Positions 1 through 12,010 of a stretch of 64,000 bases of DNA are shown piece after piece (position 1 is the stretch's first letter; every line of letters begins with the position of its first letter). This stretch comes from Macrostomum lignano (taxonomy: Eukaryota). The notes beneath the pieces were generated by a model that saw nothing but the letters and a program-made list of their open reading frames with translations, ran no database searches and was not told where the DNA came from. The stretch lies in NCBI GenBank assembly GCA_002269645.1, contig NIVC01001763.1:1-64000 (forward strand). The letters are read 5' to 3'. The translations under genes and the position numbers were made by a program.

Positions 1-548
1 AAAACTAATAAATAATAATTAAAAACTTGTATGTATAATATTACTAAAAGTAAGCATACGATAAAAAAGCAACTTATTTATTGAAACTGAAAACTAATTA
101 GTTAATAAAAATATAAATAGGAAGATTGCTTCATTAGCACTAGCAGGCACAGCAGAAAGTCACATAAGATTATTAAAGAAGTGAATCAAAGCGATCAATG
201 CTCATGCAAAAGCAACGAATTTTACGATTTTAATTCTTTATTAAAGTTCATTAGAAAGAAGTTGTTACATTTGCATGATCATCATTATAAACAAAGATGA
301 ATAAGGCATTTAGGTAAATTTAAAAACATTTGTAATGTTATAATAAACATCTTGTCAGACATATTCTTGTTTTTTCTTTGTGTCTTTGGTCATTGACATT
401 GCCATTAATGTTAACATGAATTTGTCATTAACTCACAAAATTATTAATGCAAATTTGTTAATCTGTTAGTTCAAAAAAATCTTAATGGCAGTCTGTTAAC
501 ATTAATAAAAAATCTTAATGCTTATTAATGGACTGGTGCCCAACACTG
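1..548. mobile_element. Right part of a non-autonomous hAT-like DNA transposon, truncated by the window edge; same family as 5974-7170
   Basis: Ends in GGACTGGTGCCCAACACTG, the same terminus as the 5974-7170 element. Positions 1-548 align with ~6240-7170 minus the internal duplication. Confidence 0.75.
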
Positions 549-1623
549 TATATATTAACTAAAAATTAGGACATGCTATATCACTAGCTTTAAGCTTAAC
601 ATTAAAAACTTAGCATTACCTATCAACTAACTACTATAATTTAAATTAAAAGCAAATTATCAGACCAGCAAACATACCTGCTTCTGAATAATCAAAAATT
701 AAGGCAGCTAAAAGCAAAACGACTATGCTTTTCATTATCTGCAGCCTTTGTGCTAGATTTTTCCTGGGAAAGAAACAATACTGGCCAGTAGTTTTTCGAA
801 CGTATGGAAAATCCACGCGAAAACGTTCAACAATGTGAATCGCCCTTCGAACCTGATTGTAGGTAGTAATGGTAATTTAAAAAATATTCTTCTTCCTGGA
901 TCGTAGTTACTAATAATAATTTTGTTGCTAATTAACGTTTTAAATTTTATTTTACTTCTATTCCTAATATAGTTATTGTTTGGCATTAGTCAAGCTTTTG
1001 TGGTAATGTTAGAATTTGTTAAAAATATAAAAGCACAAATTCTTTTGTCAAGAAAATACTTGACATTTTTAAAATGGCCTAGTTTCAGGGAATTACATAG
1101 GAAAGCTACGGTAAGATTTGTGAATTCTTTAACATTTCTATGTGTTAAATCAGAATTTATGCCTATTACGCATCTGTTGTCTTATTCTATGTCATATATA
1201 ACTGGACAGTAATAGTATAGTATAATAATACCATAAATTTTTTATTTTGTAGCTAGCTTTTACTGTATATATGTTTTTGTGGATTTCTCTAAAAAACTCA
1301 TATTTTATTATCTACATAATATTTTATTTCGCTGTAAAAATTCTGTGGTAGATTTATGTATTTTGTTTGTTGACCTAATCACAACTTTGGTTTTGTTTTA
1401 GATGGTGGTGTGAATGAGAGCCTTCACCGTTTACAGAGCCTTCAGCTTTGTGTGTCACTCATTAGAAAAGAATAATTATGAATATATAAAACTGCAATTC
1501 AATAAAACTATTTTTATAGTTTCCATTTCTGTTGCTTTCAATCCTTCTTTGTTTTTTGATATATCTAATAGTAAGACTCATCTGAATTGTACAGAATTAC
1601 ATGTGTCACTATAGTACATTATA

Positions 1624-1915
1624 TGGCAATAGCTAGAGTTCCGGCACCAGAACCCATTTTCTAATGGCTACGGATCCGGCAGTGCCATTATAATATAGAT
1701 AGAACATTATATTTTTCTTTCTACTGGTGGCTGATATTGAGATTTTGTTCTAGATTAAAATTTAAGACAATATGATAAGATTTGAGACAAGATACTTCTA
1801 ATATTCAGACTTCTTAAGATATGCTTTTAATAGTCTTTATATCCTTCTATACGGCACTGCCGGATCCCTACCTGTTAGAAAATGGGTTCTAGTGCCAGAA
1901 CTCTAGCCATTACCA
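1624..1915. mobile_element. MITE of ~292 bp with ~65-bp terminal inverted repeats and a 7-bp direct flank (CATTATA)
   Basis: TGGCAATAGCTAGAGTTCCGGCACCAGAACCCATTTTCTAA (1624-) is the imperfect inverse of TTAGAAAATGGGTTCTAGTGCCAGAACTCTAGCCATTACCA (-1915). CATTATA occurs at 1617-1623 and 1916-1922. Confidence 0.8.
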
Positions 1916-3277
1916 CATTATACATGTGTATGGATATTGATTAATATTGTATTTATAAATATATTAGTTAAGTTATAAAGTTTTTGATAATTTAACTATA
2001 ATTTTATTGTAGCAAAGGTCTAAACTATTTTGGATGCCCCTTTTCCTCCTGAGTTAGACTACACTAGCATACCAGACTGGGGGTCAGCCAGTTAATTAGG
2101 GTTTCCATGCTTTTTTGGTGCTTAGCATTTTGGTGCTCCAGTTTATGATGCAAAAATGATAATATAAAAGTAATCCTATATATAACCAATATAATAAATA
2201 TTTTACAAACTATTCAATATTCACTAATAAAAGTAATATCAATTTTGTTAATCTGGCATGTTTCCTAATTTCAAAAATCCAATCAATCTAATTATATGAA
2301 TTTGCTATATCTTGTATATACAAATTTAAGGCTACACTCAGCAAGCATGCTATGAAGACTTAGTTAAATAAATATAAATCTATCAATAATGCTAAATGTA
2401 GTTTTGATTGCAATTCATATGACAGAAAATTTAAATATTGATTTCTTAATATTTATTATTTATTTTGTATTTAGCACTTTTACATATTTGGGATCCTTTC
2501 TTTGACTTTGTTTTACTGTCATTTATAAATTACCTAGTTTGGTTCTTCTTAGTACATAAATAATAATATCAGTCTACTTAAACAAAGCTACTTTTTGGCT
2601 AATCATGGCTTATTTTTGAGGCTTATTGAAGTAATACCGAAGTTAATATTTGTAATACTATTAGTAACAAATAATAAATTAGAAAAAAATATAAAATAAA
2701 TATTTATAATAAGTAGTAATATAATATAATGTAATTAATATAATTTGCTAAAATAATGAAAAAAGCAGTGTTTTATATGTATTTGAAACTATTTAAAGGA
2801 TTCTTTGTATTGTAATAAGATTGGTCATTATTTAAGTTTTAAAATATACAATTATAAAAGTTGTGGCAAGAAAAAAAGCTAACTTGAAGTAAAGGTTAGC
2901 ATAGATACAAAAAGTAATTGAAGTAGGATAAACTAAAAATGTATATTAATAAAAAAGAAATAAGGTATAAATGAAAATCATGCAAAGACTAGTACTAAAA
3001 ATAGTTTATGCAAATGCAAGATAGATATATTTAGTATATTTAGTTTATAATAATTTAGTCTTTTAGGGGTCATACTAGGTAGTGAAGTCTTAATTTTGTT
3101 AGCAATTGCTATTATCCAAATCTATATAATTGCTAGAAGTATAGTTTGTCATATTCAAAGATTTTTTGTCTTATATAAAAGGCTATAGTCTCTATGTTCA
3201 AGTGTGCTTAGTCTTTATCTTGGCCTCTTAAGATAATCACCTTAAAATTAACCTGGATATATAATAATATAGATATT

Positions 3278-3480
3278 TCTACATATAAAAATCAAAACTC
3301 TGTCTGTGTGTGTGTGTGTCTGTGGACAATTTTGATCGCTATGGACTCCCAAACTGCTCAACCAAATTACACCAAACTTTATACCCACCCTAAACTTACT
3401 ATGGAGAATGTCTTAGGCCACCTTTGGCTTTAAATTTCCTAGACTCAAGTCTTCCTACCTAAAAGTACAAAAAACTACTC
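3278..3480 (+). mobile_element. Helitron-like non-autonomous element, 5' end
   Basis: TCTACATATAAAAATCAAAACTC followed by a (TG)n/TCTG tract and ACCAAATT..CCAAACTTT. This layout resembles the 5' ends of invertebrate non-autonomous Helitrons (recalled). The 3' end was not located. Confidence 0.4.
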
Positions 3481-4985
3481 AAAATGTGCGATTTTTTCAC
3501 AATCCTCCATAGTGCTGCTCCACTTCTACAGATTCTCTTCAAATTTGACAGACAATCTTCAACTATTTTGGCACAATCATGTAAAATTTCGAGTCTCAAA
3601 GGTAATCTTGAATGGTGCTGTGCACTTTTAAAGTTAGGCTGTTTTTTCAGCGAGGCAGCCATCCCAACCTCCGCCTGCCTGCCTCTCTTTCCCAATCTGG
3701 GCCCAGATGTGTAAAAGGGGTTTCAGAGTTGACTAACTTCAGCTGCCATAAGTTTGCTTCACGTGAAGTGATTGACTTTAAACTTGAAACAATTCTTCAT
3801 TGACTCATTCTCTATCTAAATGTAAAGTTTCAACTCTGTAACTCATTTAGAATAGAAACTATAAGCATGTGAATTTTGTCTGCTTTTTCTGTTGTTTGTG
3901 CCACTCACTCATTCCCCCAGAGCCAGACCAAGGGTCAGGCGATAGGGATGAATGTACATGGCAATGTACAGTGTTTTGGAATAGCTTTGTTTATGACCTT
4001 CTCTGCACCCCTATGGAGAGGCTACATTTAGCCATCCATAACAGTTTAGTAAGAAATTCTAACCACTGTCCTTTGTCCACTCTGTATAGACAAACTCTGC
4101 AGCAGTTTAACAGTGGATGGTAAATCAAGGTAATCCAGCATGGTTTGTAAAAGCGAAATATTTATAAAAAGGTGATGCAATGCAATACAGCCCTACTAAA
4201 TTAGTCACACCATGGAAATTTAAGGTTTCTCTTAAAAGTACTTCAAAATTTAAATGGCCTCCTAAGAAATCCATATTTCCTTGGTTGTTAGACTGATGCA
4301 GACTGCAGTGGAGCTGAAGATACACATATTCTTTTTAGGGCTTGCAAATTGGCAAGAAAGATGACATGATCAAAGCATGAGAACAGCCATGAGAGTACTA
4401 TGTCCCACAAACTAGCTTTCCAAGCAGGAATGGGCAGAGTTTTATCTCAAAGGCCAGAAAAGAATCTAGCTTATGGCTGAGGGGGCAGTTGAGAGTAGGA
4501 ATGCCAATTCCAGTTAGCCGGTTAACCAAAACTGGTTTTGGCCCCAAAAACTGGGTTTTCAAAAACTGGTTTTTTGGTCTAGTTTTGATCGGGTTTTTTA
4601 CTTCTTTTTTATATTTTTGTATTGTTATATTGAACGTTGTAATTAATACAAACTATTTCTACGCAAGATTTGTATCTATTCAACCGTAATTTACAAATTA
4701 TGAATCATGAATCACAATTTGTAAGATGAAATATGTATTATGAAAAGGAATAGGTCCTAATCTAATAATCAAATTGATCAAATAAACAAAGCAACATGCA
4801 ATATATCTATTTTAATATCAAATTATCAACTATATTAACTATTGTCATTAATAAATATGATTTTGTTGTGTGGTTAGATTTTGTTTTAATACTTTAACTG
4901 ATTGTGAACTATTAAGTCTGTGTTGTGTACACTACATATGTTATTGAAAACTTGAAAGTAAATTTTCTATTTTTCCAGCAATTAA

Positions 4986-5160
4986 GAGGAGAGAGAAGAG
5001 AGAGGAGAGGGAAGAGACAAGAGAAGAGGAGAGAGGAGAGTGAAAAGAAGAGAAGAGATGACAAGAGAGACAAAAGACGATAGAGAAGAGAGGAAACAGA
5101 AGCAAAGATAGAAGTTTCGAAGGATCCAAGGGATGTAGAGAGAGGCAGAGGCAGAGGTCA
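4986..5160. repeat. GA-rich low-complexity tract
   Basis: Irregular (GA/GGA/GAA)n run. Confidence 0.85.
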
Positions 5161-5973
5161 GAGTTTTTCAATACATTTTAGACAGACATTGCCTGATATT
5201 CTGCCAGCTAACCTAGCCAACAAGATCAATGCTTGCCTTAAATCTTAATTTTATGCGAATTTACTCTATTCTATATTTACCTCCATTCATTGACAAATCT
5301 ATTAACCTCTAACTATTAACAAGTTTTTGTTTGTGTATGACTTTAGACTTTAGAACACAGGCAAAAATAGTTCCGGGGATTATAATTCCCTGGGTTCAAA
5401 ATCCGCAGGTTTCAACAGCTTGTCTATTCTATTTTTTAAAACATGAACAAGTGTCCTTTGACTAATAGAACCTAACTAACTAGTATTAAGGAATACTAGT
5501 AAAAAGACTTTAAAGAATTCTGTCTTTAAACTAAAATATAGTAAGTTATCACTTTGATTTCCCTATTGAATAAATTCTCAAAGTTTGCAGATATGGACCA
5601 AGCATCACACATTCATATACACATTAGGACAGTATAAGCCTATTAACTCTTTGATATGCTTCCACTTCTGCAGGCCTCTCTTCAAGTATACACTATCCCT
5701 CTAGTGTGCCACCCTTCTGGCATGCCACCCCTTAGCCTCTGACATGCCACCTTTCAGCCTCTCTGGCATGCTAGATGGCCATTCATAAATAGGTCACTTT
5801 CCAATTGGGTTTGATTTTCAATTTGAAAAAAATGTATAAATTTGGTATTTAAAATTATTGTTTTTTAATTTTAGAATAGATTAAATAGAATCCAAAAAGT
5901 TATGCATATAAGATAATAAGTGCTACTTTTAGATATATTATACAGGCAAATCCTCTATAACTATATTGATAAT

Positions 5974-7170
5974 CAGTGTTGGGCACCATTAATGAAAATC
6001 TTAACTTCTGTTAATGGCAAAAGCATTAGTGTTAAAGCAGAAAAATCTTAACTTTTAAACTTTAATTTTGTTAAGTTAACCCAATGTTAATTGATAATCA
6101 TAAACAAGCATTAATCCATTAAAGTTAACATACAAAAAAAGAAATCTTACACTTTTTAAAAAACAGACTTCAATGCACTGTCTTTGCTTTTCCATTTTTT
6201 AGCAAAACACAAATGTTATCTAAGCAATTTACAAGCTAAAAAGTAATAAATAATCATTTTAAAAACTTGTGTGTATAATACTACTAAAAGTAAGCATGGG
6301 ATAAAAGAAGTAACTTATTTATTTGAAACTTGAAATCTAATTAGTTAATAATAAGATACAAATAAGAGGGTTGTTTCAATAGCATTAGCAGGTGCAGCAG
6401 AAAGTTATAAAAGATTGGGAAATAAGTAAATCAAAGTAATCAATGCTGACACATAAGCAATAAAGTTCAAAATTTTAATTTTAATTATTAAAGTTCTTTA
6501 GTAAGAAGTTGTTACATTTGCATGGGTTGCTTTCACAAGCTCAAAATTTCACAACCTCGAAACCAGTTACTTTCATAAGCTTGAAATTTCATAAGCTCGA
6601 AATTCACAACCTTAAAAACCATATTAGCAGCCATTTTCACAAACCCAAAACTTCATACGCTCAAAATTTTGCAACCTCAAAAATTTTAGCAACCAACTTC
6701 ATAATTAGTTAATAATAAGATACAAATAAGAAGGTTGTTTCAATAGCATTAGCAGGTATAGCAGAAAGTTATAAAAGATTGGGAAAGAAATGAATCAAAG
6801 CAATCAATGCTCACACACAAGTAATAAAGTTCACAATTTAAATTTTCATTATTAAAGTTCTTTAGTAAGAAGTTGTTACATTTGCATGATCATTTGTCAT
6901 AAACAAAGAGATTAATTAGGTATTTAGGTAAATTCTAATATATTTGTAATGTTGTATTTTCTTTTCAGACTTATATTTTTGTTCTTTCTTCGTGTCTTTG
7001 GTCATTGACATTGCCATTAATGTTAACAATATATTTGTCATTAACTCACAAAATTATTAACACAAATTTGTTAATCCATTAGTTCAAAAAAATCTTAATG
7101 GCAGTCTGTTAATGTTAATAAAAATCTTAATGCTTATTAATGCTTATTAATGGACTGGTGCCCAACATTG
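5974..7170. mobile_element. Non-autonomous hAT-like DNA transposon (~1.2 kb) with 8-bp TSD
   Basis: Termini CAGTGTTGGGCACCA ... TGGTGCCCAACATTG. Flanks are TTGATAAT (5966-5973) and GTGATAAT (7171-7178), a 7/8 match. An 8-bp TSD with CAG termini is typical of hAT. No transposase ORF. Confidence 0.8.
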
Positions 7171-9546
7171 GTGATAATTAACTTTAATTAATTGTCAAAA
7201 ATGCCAAGAAAGTTGCTTATTTTGCAAATTATCCTATCCTTGATCTATCATAATTTATGTTGGCTATATTAATAAGGATGCAAGGTTAGTTGCATGCATA
7301 AGGTAGATACTACTTAGACTTACTTAGTTTGTTTTATGTATATACATAGTAAATTAGGGTTATGAAAAAAAATGGCTATGGACTAAGCTATTCATACCCA
7401 TAAAGGGCTGACCTTTAAGGTAGATATCTAAACTTAATATTTGCTTATTTTAGAATTTCGGTTTATTTAATTTTATGATATTAAATTTAATATGGTTTAT
7501 AGCAATACTGAGTTTAGTATTATATGATATATTTATTGTAGTATAATATATATGAAAGTTATGAGAATGGATATATATATATACTACTATAGAGTTTTTA
7601 ATAGATTTTTTATAGTTTACTTTACTACATTTTTGCTCGTTTTTGATAGTTTTAAAAAAATGCAAGGTGTCAACCAATCAACTATCAAAGTTTCATTTGC
7701 ATTCATGTGTAGGTTATAAGCATCAATGTATTGGAGAGTAGTAATACTTCATGTTAATGTGAACTATTAATTCAATCCACTCTACTTACAGCAGCAATAT
7801 GTGCATTTTGCTATTATTACCTATTACTTGTAGGTCCCACCCTAGTTTTATGTGGTATGGTATGGATGCAATGCAATGTTGAACAGGATTTTTAGCTTGG
7901 ATTTACCATTAAGCATAAATTATACCTTAGGAGCTTTGATTGCATTTTGTTAGCCCTCTCCATTGCGGTGATGAAATTTTCTGAATACAGTCCTGCTCAT
8001 TTGTCGATAACTTCCCTAACTTAGTAAAATTCTATGCTATATATCATTTCGCATTCTATCAGCTAGTTAACTAGATGGAGCCTCGCCACTTGAGAGTCTG
8101 CGCTCAGCTAAAGAGCTTGCCTTTCCTCTCCAGCCAGGAGGCCTTCTATTTAGGCTGCTGGCTTGGAAAGATTGGAAAAGGGAGAAGTACTCCGGCACCC
8201 AAGCGGTGCCTGGCTGAATTTTTTATTGATACGACCGTCGGCTCCACCCCATCTGTCCCCCCCGCGGTGCAGCTGCTGGCGCCCCTCTCCCAAATCCCAA
8301 TTTCTGCCGAGCGTCAGTCTATTTAAGCACTTTTATATCTGTTCTCACTCTCTCTCTGTTTCTGTCTTCTGCCTTGAGTTTTTCATCAATTTAGCTATAG
8401 TAGTAAATTTTAAAACTGTGTGCTGCAGCACTTTTACTTTCTCTACTCTTTCCTGGGTAGCCTCATCGATTTATCGATACAAATTTTCCCAGTACTGTGA
8501 ATTTCTTTCCTGTGCAGTATATTTTTCATGTGCTACAGGGAAAAGTTGAGCTTAGTGAGACTGTTTATTAGTTGAGTTTAGTAGGCGCGTGACTGCTCAG
8601 CTAACTGCTGCAGCTGGAAGGCTCAGAGTTACCTGGTAGATCTCACTTTTTCTCTCTTCTTTACTGCGCGTTTGACTGTCACAGAGAACTGGCGAGCAAG
8701 ACTTAGTAGAAGAAGACTGAAAAATGAGTCACCGCTCAAATTCCGTATCTCGACATGCACTCCCCCCCTCTCTCTCTCTCTCTCTCTCTGCGTGACGATC
8801 TCATGCACTGGCCACTTACTCGCGTCTCCCTCATGCCTCTCTTGCATAATCTGGATGGCATCTCTCCATCCTGATCCATTCTGCCAGCCCGTGCTTGCGT
8901 CCGGCTGTTAGGTAATCGGCTGTTTGGCTTGGAATCCCCTCGGCTTTACAATGCGTCATTTATTATTATCAAAGTATGCTGGGATCTCCAAAGCTGACTG
9001 ACTCTAATCCCGTCTCCCAGCTGCTTCTGCTCCTGAGCTCAATGCCTCGGCGTGTCGTCCCTGTGTCTCGGTTAAAATTGATGAGGAGTCGAGCTTGAAG
9101 TTTTTTTGCGGCTAATACTGATGATGCTGCAACTCTTCTTACCCAGCCTCTCCGGACTCCTTCACTTTCTCTCCCCTTCACTTTCCTGTCGCTTTTTTCA
9201 TTCCCCGCAGGTTTCTCTGCTGGGCTAGTTCCAGGCACGACTCGTAGCGTCTGCTTCATCTCGATCCCCCTACTTCCTGACGTGCCTTGGCTGTGGCAGC
9301 CAGCTCGGCATTCGATAGAATTTCGACCTAGACTACAGTCCCTATTTTATTGCTTGCTCCTTCCTGCACTCCTTCCTGTCTGCATATTTCTCTCGTCTTC
9401 TTATTCTGCTTTAGCAGTAAAGGAAAGTTTTTCAACTAAAGAACTCTGGCGGTCTGGACTCAGAAAACATATCTATAAGGTGGGGCCGCTTTGAGTCTAT
9501 AAGCCTTAATGAAGGGGAAGACATTTAAGTTCAAGGAGAATCAGAA

Positions 9547-10757
9547 GCGCGCAAGTAAATCAGGCCATAGTGCCACAAGCGCGCAAGGAAATCAGGCCAT
9601 ATTGCCACAAGCGCAAGGAAATCAGGCCATATTGCCACAAGCGTGCAAATAAATCAGGCCATATTGCCACAAGCGTGCAAAGAAGTCAGGCCATATTGCC
9701 ACAAGCGTGCAATGAAATCAGGTCATATTGCCACAAGCGTGCAAAGAAATCAGGCCATATTGCCACAAGCGTGCAATGAAATCAGGCCATATTGCCACAA
9801 GCGTCAAGGAAATCAGGCCATATTGCCACAAGCGCAAGGAAATCAGGCCATATTGCCACAAGCGTGCAAATAAATCAGGCCATATTGCCGCAAGCGTGCA
9901 AAGAAGTCAGGCCATATTGTCACAAGCGTGCAATGAAATCAGTTCATATTGCCACAAGCGTGCAAAGAAATCAGGCCATATTGCCACAAGCGTGCAATGA
10001 AATCAGGTCATATTGCCACAAGCGTGCAATGAAATCAGGCCATATTGCCACAAGCGTGCAAAGAAGTCAGGCCATATTGCCTCCAGCGTGCAATGAAATA
10101 GGCCATATTGCCACAAGCGTGCAATGAAATCAGGCCATATTGCCACAAGCGTGCAAAGAAGTCAGGCCATATTGCCTCAAGCGTGCAAAGAAGTCAGGCC
10201 ATATTGCCACAAGCGTGCAATGAAATCAGGCCATATTGCCACAAGCGTGCAAAGAAGTCAGGCCATATTGCCACAAGCGTGCAATGAAATCAGGTCATAT
10301 TGCCACAAGCGTGCAAAGAAGTCAGGCCATATTGTCACAAGCGTGCAATGAAATCAGTTCATATTGCCACAAGCGTGCAAAGAAATCAGGCCATATTGCC
10401 ACAAGCGTGCAATGAAATCAGGTCATATTGCCACAAGCGTGCAATGAAATCAGGCCATATTGCCTCAAGCGTGCAAAGAAGTCAGGCCATATTGCCTCAA
10501 GCGTGCAATGAAATCAGGCCATATTGCCACAAGCGTGCAATGAAATCAGGCCATATTGCCACAAGCGTGCAAAGAAGTCAGGCCATATTGCCTCAAGCGT
10601 GCAAAGAAGTCAGGCCATATTGCCACAAGCGTGCAATGAAATCAGGCCATATTGCCACAAGCGTGCAAAGAAGTCAGGCCATATTGCCTCAAGCGTGCAA
10701 AGAAGTCAGGCCATATTGCCTCAAGCGTGCAATGAAATCAGGCCATATTGCCACAAG
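9547..10757. repeat. 32-bp minisatellite, ~38 copies
   Basis: Unit (T/A)GAA(A/G)TCAGGCCATATTGCCACAAGCGTGCAA repeated head to tail with no spacers. Confidence 0.95.
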
Positions 10758-10831
10758 CCGCAATGAGGATCGGTGCATGTGCCATGAGTGCGCAACTGTC
10801 TGCCTCTGTCCTAAACATCGCTCCTGTCGCG

Positions 10832-10866
<35 letters not shown>
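10832..10866. repeat. (ATT)n microsatellite
   Basis: About 12 ATT units. Confidence 0.95.
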
Positions 10867-11726
10867 CACAACGACATATTCAGGGCTCGTATACTTTAAG
10901 AAATCAACCGAAAAAACCAGTGATATAAGGAATAAGGAATGAGCAGTACATTCGTCTAAAGGGCGGGTCAGTCGAGTACAATTCAATGCAAAATCAATAG
11001 TCAATAAGTCTCCAGAACTCTGAGTTGGTGATTTTGAGTTTGGATAAACTCCACTTCACCTGCTTGACTGCTTCAGTAGTAAATTGCATTAATTGTGATG
11101 CTCTTGTGTCCGGTTTCTTGCTCTCTTGTGACACGACCTAAAGTCTCTCAGCCTACATAATGAAGAATAAACTTGGCTGATAAATTTGGGCCGGGTTTGT
11201 TTATTATTATTATCTCGCCGTTCATCGCCCTGTCGCCATTTGCCAACTAACCAGTCTGCTAAGCTAGCAGTCTGCAACTATCCCCAGAGTGGAATGGCCG
11301 CAAGGCTCTGCTGCTCCCCTCCCGCTTCAGTTCCCCCAATTGCATACCCTTGCTGCTATCAGGGCCCGCGTGCCAGTTGTCCATTGAGTGATGCCGAGAC
11401 CTCCGGGCCTAGCCCAGGCTGTGTCTGCGCGCTTGTTGTGTGCGCATCGCCTCGGCTGAGTGATTGGTGGCTCGGCCTCTCAGCCTCCATTTTCTCCATC
11501 ACTTTCCGTATGTCTGTCTGTTCCCGATCCCAGATCCTCTGGCCAGGCTGCCTCATCTCTCTTCTCCCTCTTTTTGACCCCTTCATCAGTTTTCGTCCCG
11601 GCCATCCGTTTCCCAGCGGCAATAATAAAGGCTGCGGCAGTTTCCCCTCCCATTTTCGCTTCTACGAGTACACAGGAAGAGGCGGAGTTGGGATTCCGTT
11701 AGCCGGGGCTGGCTACCAGCCTCCCT

Positions 11727-11780
11727 ATTGGCCGGGCAGAGGCAGTGGCCCATTCGCTTATGTTGGGTGTAGGGTATAAA
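11727..11780 (+). promoter_or_regulatory. Candidate core promoter (inverted CCAAT box plus TATA box) of the LDLa-domain gene
   Basis: ATTGG at 11727-11731 and TATAAA at 11775-11780, ~230 bp upstream of the ATG at 12011. Confidence 0.35.
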
Positions 11781-12010
11781 TCACTCGGCATTGTGTGGCC
11801 ATCAAATCTAATGCCCCCTCCCCAAGCCTGTTATTTAGCAGCGTGAAAAGCTCCGTCTGCCAAAAAACACGGAACGCTACATTCGAGATAGTTGTTAGCC
11901 TGGCTTACTGTATGCCTGCAGAGACATATATATACAATATGCTTAGTGTGAGCAGAGCACTGAGCAATGCCGACAGCTTATAACTAAGCAAAGTCAACAG
12001 AAGCGTCGGA

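Noticed and set aside
4494-4600. TAGGAATGCC...CCGGTTAACC / AAAACTGG subterminal-like repeats suggesting a hAT MITE left end
   Set aside because: No matching right terminus or TSD was found.
8075-9259. ORF fragments (8075-8549 +, 8969-9259 -) vaguely reminiscent of non-LTR retrotransposon proteins
   Set aside because: No YADD/RT, endonuclease or zinc-knuckle motif could be identified, and the similarity is too weak to support.
9547-10757. 32-bp repeats of CRISPR-like length (also 13694-14150 and 15083-15630)
   Set aside because: The units are contiguous with no unique spacers, there are no cas genes, and the context is eukaryotic.
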